This document shows positions 1-8,400 of a stretch of 39,568 nt of DNA, in pieces; the first letter of the stretch is position 1, and the number at the start of each line of letters is the position of its first letter. The notes under the pieces are model-generated. The model was given only the letters and a program-made list of their open reading frames with translations. It was not told where the DNA came from and did not search any database. The stretch comes from a virus (taxonomy: Duplodnaviria; Caudoviricetes), in IMG/VR virus record IMGVR_UViG_3300048861_000106, positions 1-39,568 of that record. One strand, given 5' to 3'. A program made the translations under genes and the position numbers.

Positions 1-154
1 TGGTCGTAGTCGACCAGATCAGAGCGCCCACGGCACCGAGTGCCCCCATAACCAGGACATTCATGAGTTTGCTGGGGACGAGCCCCTGTTCCTTGGTGTT
101 CTGACCCGCGACCAAGGCTTCAAGCAGCTTTTCGATCTTATCTTTACGAGCCAT
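1..154 (-). CDS. 5' part of a membrane protein, possibly holin-like; truncated by the window edge
   Basis: Read by hand and absent from the ORF track: ATG at 154 gives MARKDKIEKLLEALVAGQNTKEQGLVPSKLMNVLVMGALGAVGALIWSTTT, open to position 1, with one hydrophobic segment. Confidence 0.55.
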   Translation of the reverse strand, partial: MARKDKIEKLLEALVAGQNTKEQGLVPSKLMNVLVMGALGAVGALIWSTTT

Positions 155-174
155 TCGAACCTTCGGGAGACGCT

Positions 175-2067
175 ATGCTTAATCACTTGGAGTATTCAGT
201 TGAGTTCCCTACCACCGGGCGCACGTTCCAAAACCGGATTGAGTTCGCACCGGGTTTAACCGCGGTGACCGGGCGCAATGAGGCCGGCAAAACCATCGTT
301 CTTGAGATGATCGGCTACTGCCTGTTCGGCAAAGCCGCCCTCCGTGGGGCGGCCTCTGACTATCGGAAACTCACCGCTGTTCTTTCGGCAACCATCGCTG
401 GCCATGAGGTGCTGATCGAGCGCCTTCCCAAGAAGGAGACGCTGACGGTCAACGGCGAGGTGAAGGCGGTCGGAGCTGACGCCATCAACCGCGAGGTGCC
501 GAAGCTGCTCGGTTTTGGACTCGACGTCTTCAATGTCGCCTGTGCCGCGCAGCAGGGCGACCTCGATGCGCTAACCAGCATGCGCCCCGGCGATCGCCGG
601 CGGATGGTCGATCAGCTGATCGGCATTGACCTGCTGGAGCAGATCGAGAAGGACTGTAAGGCCGAAGCCAAGACCCACGACGCCGTGGCTTCGAGTCTGA
701 TCCTGAGCCAGAACCGCCCCGTGGAGCCGAGCCCGCCGGCGAACTATCGCCCTAGCGAGGAGCTGGAGCAGCTTGTCGCGCAACTTCAGGCTCACCAGGA
801 CGAACGCAACCGTCTGCTGACAGTCGTGGAGCCGGTCGCACCGGTTGCGCCCGAGATGGTCGAGGGCGACGTTGCAGAGCTGGAGGCCCACGACCAGAAC
901 CGGCAGGCGCTGCTACGCGAGAAGGCGAACCTCGAAGGCCAGCTAAAGGCGATCCCGGTTCCGCTCCGGTCGCGCGAGGAGTTGGCCGGCGCACTCGCCT
1001 ACGCTGACTTCGCGGCCGAGCGCCGCCGGCGCGGCCCCCCGCCCGAGCATACCCTCGCCGATCTGGATGCGTGGGAAGAAACCCATCGCCAGATCAACCA
1101 GCTCAGCCGCTTCCACCCGGTCGATTGCCCGGCGTGTCAGCACAGCTTCGTCCCCGGCCACCCCGAGTTCGATGTCGATGCGATCAGCGCACTGGAAGTG
1201 CCACCGCTCGGCTCGATTGAGATCGGCCGCGAGCGCCAGCGCCACGCGCTGTGGGCCGAGCCGCTTGCGGACGTGCCTGAAATCGTCGTCCCCAACCTTC
1301 AGCAGGAGATTTTGGCCCATGCACGATCAGACGATCGAACTGCTCTCGAAGGAACTCTTGCAGCGCTGTCGATCCCCGATGACAGAAGCGGAGATTTGCG
1401 AAATGCGCGAGCGTATCAACAGGCTCTCGCCGTCCATGCGGAGCGAGTTGCTCGCTACGATGCAGAGCGCGATCGCTACCGAGGCGCTCAAGAGCGCCTT
1501 GCAGCGCTTGGCGATCGGAGTGGCGAACTGGTCGAAGCCCGAGGCGGGCTTGGTGAGTCCCGGAGCTTCGAGTTGGCCCATCGGCGGTTTGTTGATGACG
1601 CCGCCAGATATGCCGACGTTGAAGCTCGCGCACGGGGAAGCCGTGATCTCGCGGACGCCTTCGGCCGGGGCGCCGCCTCGCTGAAGAATGCTCGCGTGAA
1701 GGTGAAGCAGGAGCTGGCACCCAGCCTCGCCCGGGCGGCAAGCACCCTGCTGGCCGCGATGACGAACGGCGAGCGTCGGTTCGTGGACGTCGACGAGGAT
1801 TTCAATATCACTGTCGATGGCCAGCCGCTCCAGACACTGTCTGGCTCGGGCAAGTCGGTCGTGAACCTCGCTCTCCGCATCGGGCTTGGCCAGGTGCTCA
1901 CGTCGAAGGTTCTGCCGATCTTTCTTGGCGATGAGATCGACAAGGACATGGACATCCAGCGTGCTGGTGCCACTCACAGCACACTTCAGAGCCTTCGCGA
2001 ATATCTGAAGCAGATCATCATCGTGACACACAAAGACGTCGAGGCCGATCACGTAATTCAACTATAA
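175..2067 (+). CDS. SbcC/Rad50 (T4 gp46)-like SMC-family ATPase, recombination exonuclease subunit
   Basis: Walker A GRNEAGKT, Q-loop AQQG, coiled coil with CPAC zinc hook, signature LSGSGK, Walker B FLGDEID, H-loop IIVTH; SD GGGAGA upstream. Confidence 0.9.
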   Translation: MLNHLEYSVEFPTTGRTFQNRIEFAPGLTAVTGRNEAGKTIVLEMIGYCLFGKAALRGAASDYRKLTAVLSATIAGHEVLIERLPKKETLTVNGEVKAVGADAINREVPKLLGFGLDVFNVACAAQQGDLDALTSMRPGDRRRMVDQLIGIDLLEQIEKDCKAEAKTHDAVASSLILSQNRPVEPSPPANYRPSEELEQLVAQLQAHQDERNRLLTVVEPVAPVAPEMVEGDVAELEAHDQNRQALLREKANLEGQLKAIPVPLRSREELAGALAYADFAAERRRRGPPPEHTLADLDAWEETHRQINQLSRFHPVDCPACQHSFVPGHPEFDVDAISALEVPPLGSIEIGRERQRHALWAEPLADVPEIVVPNLQQEILAHARSDDRTALEGTLAALSIPDDRSGDLRNARAYQQALAVHAERVARYDAERDRYRGAQERLAALGDRSGELVEARGGLGESRSFELAHRRFVDDAARYADVEARARGSRDLADAFGRGAASLKNARVKVKQELAPSLARAASTLLAAMTNGERRFVDVDEDFNITVDGQPLQTLSGSGKSVVNLALRIGLGQVLTSKVLPIFLGDEIDKDMDIQRAGATHSTLQSLREYLKQIIIVTHKDVEADHVIQL

Positions 2068-2099
2068 AGCCTAGCTTAGCTTTATTTCACGCATTCCCA

Positions 2100-2151
2100 C
2101 TCCAATGCCCTGGTGACACAGGCTCATGTCACCGGGGCATTGGAGTTTTTT
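2100..2151 (+). terminator. Intrinsic terminator-like hairpin whose 3' arm contains the next gene's SD
   Basis: 19-bp stem 2100-2118/2127-2145 with one G-U pair, then TTTTTT. Confidence 0.7.
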
Positions 2152-2538
2152 GTGTATACGATTACGCCTGAGATCAGGGACGAGATCATCTTTGAGCTTC
2201 GGAAGGTGCGTGCTCCTGCTAAGGTGGCACGCAATCTCGGCATCGATATTCGCCACGTCCTTCCGATTGCCGACGAGCTTGCCGGCCAGCCGCGGGCTCT
2301 CCGTCAGGAAGTTCACGACGGACATGGTCGGCCGGAGCTGCGCGACATGCTCGTTGCCCGCAAGCTCGCCCACGACGTCTGGAACAACGACGATCCGGCG
2401 ATCGCCGGGGCGCGCGCCGCTTACGAGGCCGGCAGTCATGACATGGCGACCGGACGCGATGGGCAGTGGCTGCTGCTCTACTCGATCCCGCAGCGCAAGC
2501 CGACGCCTCGGCCCGACTATTTCCAACCGGAGATCTGA
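2152..2538 (+). CDS. Putative HTH DNA-binding protein
   Basis: GGAG at 2142-2145 then GTG at 2152 (in frame with track ORF 2113); N-terminal APAKVARNLGIDIRHV resembles a helix-turn-helix. Confidence 0.6.
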   Translation: MYTITPEIRDEIIFELRKVRAPAKVARNLGIDIRHVLPIADELAGQPRALRQEVHDGHGRPELRDMLVARKLAHDVWNNDDPAIAGARAAYEAGSHDMATGRDGQWLLLYSIPQRKPTPRPDYFQPEI

Positions 2539-2539
2539 T

Positions 2540-2788
2540 TTGCGCACCAAACAGTCGAAAATGGACAGCTTCCTCGAAGCCTGCACCAACACTGGCATCG
2601 GCTTCTTCATCAGCTGGGCTGTGTGGGTTTTCATCGTCGATCCGCTGTTCGGTTTCCACGCGAGCGCCGGCCGTTCGCTCCTGATCACGAGCATTTTCAC
2701 CGTGACGTCGATCGCGCGCAGCTACGTGCTGCGCAGACTCTTCGACGGCCGGACGGCCTACGCATTCCTCAAGGGGATGCTGGCATGA
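2540..2788 (+). CDS. Small two-TM membrane protein (DUF7220-like)
   Basis: GGAG at 2529 and TTG at 2540; [18 protein letters not shown]...[16 protein letters not shown] pattern; ATGA overlap with thyA. Confidence 0.65.
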   Translation: MRTKQSKMDSFLEACTNTGIGFFISWAVWVFIVDPLFGFHASAGRSLLITSIFTVTSIARSYVLRRLFDGRTAYAFLKGMLA

Positions 2789-3684
2789 CCGAACTTGCTA
2801 CGATCAGCAGCAACGCCAACACCATCACCTTCCCGGGCAACCTTGTCTTGGGTAAGCTCCACTTCCCATCGAGCCACCCCGAGCGTCAGTACCTTGGGCT
2901 GTTGGCCGACTTGCTGGAGACGGGCGTTTACCGCGATGGCCGCAACGGGGGCACTTACGGCTTGTTCGGGCGACAAATTCGCTTCGATCTGTCGCAGGGC
3001 TTCCCGCTGCTGACCACCAAGCGCGTCCACTGGAAGTCGGTGCTGGTGGAGCTGCTGTGGTTCCTCCGCGGCGATACCAACATCAAGTTCCTGCACGACC
3101 ACGGGATCACGATCTGGAACGAGTGGGCAGATGCCAGCGGCGACCTTGGACCGGTCTACGGGAAGCAGTGGCGGTCGTGGCCGAACTGGGAGGGAAATCG
3201 TGAGCTGTGGCCGATCGACCAGATCTCGAACCTGATCGAGGGCCTGAAGCGCGATCCGTATGGGCGCCGCCACATCGTCACAGCATGGAACCCCGCCGAG
3301 ATCGAGGACATGGCCCTCCCGCCGTGCCACTGCCTGTTCCAGTTCTTCGTTGCAGACGGCAAGCTCTCATGCCAGCTCTACCAGCGCAGCGCAGACGCCT
3401 TCCTTGGGGTGCCCTTCAATATCGCATCCTATGCGCTGCTGACGCACCTGATCGCGCGTGAGGTAGGTTTGCGGGTCGGTGATTTCGTCCACACGTTCGG
3501 GGACGTCCATCTCTACGCCAACCACGTCGAGCAGGCCCGCGAGCAGCTGACACGCGAGCCACGGCCATTCCCCAAACTAGCCTTCCCCGCGGAGGGTAAA
3601 TCGATCTTCGAGATCGAGCCATCCGACGTGCTGCTCGTCGACTATGACCCGCATCCCGCCATCAAGGCAGACGTGTCGATCTAA
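2785..3684 (+). CDS. thyA: Thymidylate synthase
   Basis: [30 protein letters not shown] (catalytic Cys), [21 protein letters not shown]; start at the ATGA overlap at 2785. Confidence 0.97.
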   Translation: MTELATISSNANTITFPGNLVLGKLHFPSSHPERQYLGLLADLLETGVYRDGRNGGTYGLFGRQIRFDLSQGFPLLTTKRVHWKSVLVELLWFLRGDTNIKFLHDHGITIWNEWADASGDLGPVYGKQWRSWPNWEGNRELWPIDQISNLIEGLKRDPYGRRHIVTAWNPAEIEDMALPPCHCLFQFFVADGKLSCQLYQRSADAFLGVPFNIASYALLTHLIAREVGLRVGDFVHTFGDVHLYANHVEQAREQLTREPRPFPKLAFPAEGKSIFEIEPSDVLLVDYDPHPAIKADVSI

Positions 3685-3712
3685 ACCTTCGCGGGGGCGA
3701 ACGGAGCTAGAA

Positions 3713-4117
3713 TTGAGCGCTGAAACCCAACCCGGCCGTATTGTGATCGATGGAGCAACGTCGCTCATCGACTGGCATGGTCAGACCGATCCGAACGGTC
3801 GGGACCCTCACCAGCCCGGAGTAAAACTCGATGCTGGCAAGGCGCCTGTCATGCGCGGCGCTTTGCAATATTTCCCCAGGGCGCTGGTGGACGTTGCCCT
3901 GCTCTCGCAGTTCGGAGCGAACAAGTATGCGTGGAAGGGGTGGGAGTCCGTACCGGACGGCGTCAACCGGTATGGCGATGCCTTGGCCCGACACATGGTC
4001 TACGAGGAGATCGAGGGGCCGATCGATAGCGAAACAGGCCTGCATCATGCTACGGCGATGGCCTGGAATGCATTGGCGAGGCTGGAACTGATCCTGCGCC
4101 AGCGAGAGAGTCAGTAA
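3713..4117 (+). CDS. dATP/dGTP diphosphohydrolase domain protein (DUF5664-type)
   Basis: GVKLDAGK...FPRAL..VA....FGANKY...W...RY.DAL.RH...D.ETGLHH....AWNAL family pattern; GGAG then TTG at 3713. Confidence 0.8.
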   Translation: MSAETQPGRIVIDGATSLIDWHGQTDPNGRDPHQPGVKLDAGKAPVMRGALQYFPRALVDVALLSQFGANKYAWKGWESVPDGVNRYGDALARHMVYEEIEGPIDSETGLHHATAMAWNALARLELILRQRESQ

Positions 4118-4119
4118 TA

Positions 4120-4147
4120 AGAAAGGGCGGCTTCGGCCGCCCTTTCT
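4120..4147. terminator. Bidirectional intrinsic terminator between the converging arms
   Basis: AGAAAGGGCGGC-TTCG-GCCGCCCTTTCT perfect 12-bp stem between convergent stop codons. Confidence 0.9.
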
Positions 4148-4150
4148 CGT

Positions 4151-4420
4151 TTAGGCCGCCAACGGCGTGCTGCTGACCGGGGGTGGGTCAAGCTGATTGA
4201 TAGCGCTAGGGATCGAGAACGTGATCGTCATGTTCAACGTGTTCAGCACCTCGTTGATGATACGGCGGGCGCTCGACGGATATTTCGGGTCGAAGGTCAG
4301 CTCCAGACCCACCGCCTGAACTGCTGCCTGGAAGTCGGTCGCGAGAACCTGGAGTTCTCTCAGGGCAGCCAGATCAGCAGTCACGCATGCACTAGACATT
4401 GCAGCCAAGTCGTTACTCAC
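4151..4420 (-). CDS. Hypothetical protein at the end of the tail operon
   Basis: GAGG SD then GTG at 4420, just after the upstream stop; helical, Pro-rich C-terminus. Confidence 0.6.
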   Translation of the reverse strand: MSNDLAAMSSACVTADLAALRELQVLATDFQAAVQAVGLELTFDPKYPSSARRIINEVLNTLNMTITFSIPSAINQLDPPPVSSTPLAA

Positions 4421-4430
4421 GGTGTTCCTC

Positions 4431-5132
4431 TCAAAAATCGGTGACATCTACCACCAGATACATCCCCCCATCCCAGGTGTCATCGAACTCCCGGTCGGAC
4501 TCACGCCAATTCCTGAACGAATTGACGTACTGATATAAGCCTACAGAAATGGTATTGTTGTTGGTGGTTACGACGCTGGTCCAGTATTGCGTTGTGGTTC
4601 TCGACGGATTTGGGCCGTTCTCACCAGAGAAGATCTGCCTGTGGCGCTCGTAAGGAAGCGTCATGATGACAGCATACTGCCGGCTGGGATCGTAGGTGCG
4701 CGTACCGAAATTGTTGGCAGAGAAAATGTCAACGATCCGCAGCGGCCTCGACTGATTGGTGGAGAACGTCACCTTGCCGTTTGCGTCCCTGATCTCCAGC
4801 CCTACACCGTTCGACGTTCCCTCGATCTGAGCCGGCTCGAAGAGGTAGTACGCCACTGGAGAGCCAGCCCCCGTTTGGAAATCCCACCACCAGCGCCAGC
4901 CGCCATTTTCGGAGAATACATGGGTTAGCCGCGCCGTGAAATTTCCCGTCCTCAGAGCCAGTAGCGGGAATTGCTTGCCCGTCGAAAATTCAAATCGGCT
5001 GTTGAAATAAGGATCGCTGGCACCAGCCCACGTAGAGAAAACTCCCGCCTCGGTGCAGGAGAAGTTCACATAATCCTGATCAATCGAGACTGTGCCCCAA
5101 TCATTGAATATTTGAAGGCCAGCAGGCATCAA
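4431..5132 (-). CDS. Tail-tip accessory protein
   Basis: MPAGLQIFND.G and internal GLEIRDANG motifs typical of proteins encoded after central fibre J. Confidence 0.7.
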   Translation of the reverse strand: MMPAGLQIFNDWGTVSIDQDYVNFSCTEAGVFSTWAGASDPYFNSRFEFSTGKQFPLLALRTGNFTARLTHVFSENGGWRWWWDFQTGAGSPVAYYLFEPAQIEGTSNGVGLEIRDANGKVTFSTNQSRPLRIVDIFSANNFGTRTYDPSRQYAVIMTLPYERHRQIFSGENGPNPSRTTTQYWTSVVTTNNNTISVGLYQYVNSFRNWRESDREFDDTWDGGMYLVVDVTDF

Positions 5133-5404
5133 TACACTCCATAGAAAATCCAGCCGACCGAGCCATTTGGTGATCGTGGATCAAATCTGAGCATGTTGCC
5201 GTTCTGTGTCATGAAAGGAGCGCCAGAGAAGTTCTGCTGTCGATTGAACAAGCAGGTGTAGAAACCCTGCCCCGTCCAAAGCCCATCGGACCAAACTTCG
5301 ACCGGAGAATTGTTCATCCAGAAACTGCCGAGAAATCGACCCAGCCTCTGATTCAGGTCAATGGTGAGACGCCCCCACTCATCGAAAACTTGAAACCCAG
5401 ACAC
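5129..5404 (-). CDS. Small tail-tip accessory protein
   Basis: MSGFQVFDEWGRLTIDL N-terminus; directly follows J; overlaps both neighbours. Confidence 0.7.
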   Translation of the reverse strand: MSGFQVFDEWGRLTIDLNQRLGRFLGSFWMNNSPVEVWSDGLWTGQGFYTCLFNRQQNFSGAPFMTQNGNMLRFDPRSPNGSVGWIFYGVY

Positions 5405-8400
5405 TACCAGACACCCATTCTAACGCGAAGCACGTTGTTCCAGTCGTACACGCGGATTTGATTGCTTTCAATCTCAACCCGTGCGCCCCAATCAGCGGTT
5501 CTTAGTAGACCGATATTGGCTGTAATTGCAGAAAGCGAGCCAACATCGAGCTTATCAGCGGTAATCGACCTTGCCGACACGTGGTAGCCTGTGATGGTCT
5601 GGGCCTGGAGCACGTTGGCGTGGACCGATCCGGTGATGATCTGGTCACCGTTGATCCGGGTGCCACCATAGTTGACGAGAAAGTTTCCGGAGCCGGCACC
5701 CTGCCATGTGGCGAGGATGACCAAATTCGGGTTGGTGCGAACGGCCACCCAGTCAGTCGTGGCGCCGAAACCTCCCGCACCCTTCTCCCAGTAGATATAG
5801 ACCCAACCTCCCATGTTGACACCGTTGGCCGCGATCTGCGTTGATTGCTGGTTCCCCGCGTCGTCCGTCCAAAGGACGAAGCCACCGCCGTTCCACGAAA
5901 ACCACTGGCGATCAGCGGACACCTCGAAGTTGATCGAGATGATGTCGAGCCCACGGTTGCCGATCATCAGCGAGTTGGCTTTGATCGAGTTGGCAGCGAT
6001 CACCCCTCCGCGGATCTCGGTGCTGTCGGGGCCGTTTTTCCAATCGGCAAGCGTGGTCGCGCCAGCGATGATGATCTTGCCCGGCAGGATCTGAGTGGTG
6101 TTGGCATTGATCACCGCAGCCGGATCTGCAGCGTTCTTCTGGATGGTCCCTAGGGAGAAGCCGGTCTCACCGATGACGAGTGAGGCCGGAAGGCTGGTGT
6201 TGCTGCTGAATTTGTCTCCGGTGATCGTCCCCGCGCGGATATGGTCAGCAACCACGGCCCCGGCCGCGATCTTCGGCGTCGTGATGCCGTTGTCGGCAAT
6301 CATGGTGCTGCCGAGTTGCTCGCGCACCTGAACGTTCGACACACCAGCAGAGCCGTTCTGCTTGATCGGGCCTGCGCCGTTTTCCGTGCCATGGTTGTAG
6401 ACTTGGATCACACCCTTCACCGCGCCGGCCGGTGCCGTGAAGGTGATCGAGTTGACCGCGTAACCTGTGTCGGCCAGCTGCGTTAGTGTCGCAAGGGCAA
6501 GACCTTCCCCATCTACATCAGCAATGACAAACTGGATGTAGATATTCTGCCCAATGTCATTGAACATACTGGCAGATAGTTCATACGTCTTACCCACTGT
6601 TAGCGGAACGGCATAAGTACTCCCCTGAGCAATCGTGCGCTTTCCGCTACCTCGACCGGCCCACTTAGGGTTTCCTTCATAGAGTGTCAGACAGCTGTTT
6701 ACGCCGAGCGCGGCACGCACGCTGCTTTCGGCTGCAGTTTCTTGATACCATCCATCCATTTCGGTGATGGGTTTCTGACCGTCCGTTCCCTCGCCGTAGT
6801 TGAAATAGAAGGCGGGGTCGGTGAACAAAGGGTCAGGGTTGAGGCTGTCGCCCTGGACTGCGAGCCTCGACACCGTGATGGCCCCGGCCGCGATCTGCGC
6901 GGCCCGCACCGTGCCGGCGAGGATGTCGGTACCGTCGGTGCTCCGGTCCCAACCCGCGCTCGGACCGGTGCCCGTGTCCCGATACAGTTTGCGATCGCTC
7001 GACAGGAACACGACCTTGCCGCTTCCCGTCGAGAGCGGCAGCGCGGCGACCGTCTGGATCGGGTTCAGACCGGGGGTCAGATCGATGTTCGAGACGTAGG
7101 ACGGCGAGCCGCCCTGCGGTCCAACGACATCCGAGACGTTGCCGCTCGTGTCGACAGCGGCCACCCAATAATAGCGCGTTTCGCCGGTGGGGATGCCGCT
7201 CCGCGTGAAGCCACCTGCCATGCCAGGGGCGGCGTTGACGGTCGCGATCACCGAGGCCTTGTCGAAGTTCGACGTCGCCCCCTCGTAGACCCGCATGTTG
7301 CTGACGTCGGCGTCCCAGGGCGCGACCCACCGGAGGTACAGCTGCGAGAAGCCACTCTCGACGCTGAAACCCGTCGGCGGGTGCGGCGGCACCTCATCAC
7401 GGGCCGCCTCGATCACCGCCTCCGGCGTGTAAGCGCTTGCATTACCGCTACGGTCGAACGCTCGAACAGCTACCCGGAAGGATGCTGCTGCGGGCACAGT
7501 CCAGCGCCAGCCGGTCAATGCGGTCGTCGTCTCGATCCACCCGCCGCCTTCTTCCTGGATCGCGAGTCCGTAATAGGCCAGATCCTCATCCGTATTGGCG
7601 TCCCACCAAGCGTCGATGACGGTGACCGGTGCTCCGGTCACGTCATTGATGACGGACGAGCTTGCGAGTTTAAGCCCGGTCGGGATGGCCGGCGGGATGG
7701 TGTCGAGCGTGTAGTGTTCCAGCGTCGAGATTCGGACAGTGTCGCTCAGCCCATCAGCTTGGACGCTGATCGTGAGCGACGGGTCGTTGTAGTCGAGCCA
7801 CGATTTAACGAGCAGCTCCCGCAGGTTAGCCGGGGTAAGGCGTCGGCCGTCGCCTGTGCCCGTCAGGTAATGGTCCGCGTCGAACCCGTGCCCGATGCTC
7901 CACCGAAGTGGGGAGTTGATGTTCTGCAGCTCGGTCGAGAAGACGATCGCCTGATCGTCTGGATACGGCTGGTGACGGGCATCGATGCCGATCACGGAAC
8001 GATCGGCCATAAGCTTGAGCGACGCGAGCGGAGCGGCGTCCTGAATACGGGCGACGCTGGCGCTGTAGCTCAGGTTGTTGGGTTCACCGACACGCGCGGT
8101 GATCACCACTGAGGAGCTGCCCGGCGGGAGCAGCTTGCCCTGAAGGTAAACCGTGACCTCGTCACGCGCCTGTTGCTCGCCATCGGCGCTCGTGCGGAGC
8201 GCGACATCGCCGAGCTTCTGGCCTGAACGATCGAACGAGGCACAGAGCCAGGTCAGCGGCCCGACGCAATTCTGCATGTTCGCCGTGAAGCTGATCACCT
8301 GATCGATCGGGTTCAGGTTGCCGCGGAAGTCGAAATAGAGGTGTTGGCTGCTGGAGCTAACCACGAGCGACGCGCCGGCCGGTCCTTGGGCGCCGTCACG

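Noticed and set aside
2126-2784. Extended N-termini of track ORFs 2126-2788 and 2623-3684
   Set aside because: They overlap better genes; SD and overlap logic support starts at 2540 and 2785
2785-3684. dCMP/dUMP hydroxymethylase interpretation of ThyA
   Set aside because: Canonical ThyA motifs, including PFN, are intact
3713-4117. 2-aminoadenine (Z) genome system
   Set aside because: No PurZ or HD-family dATPase in this window
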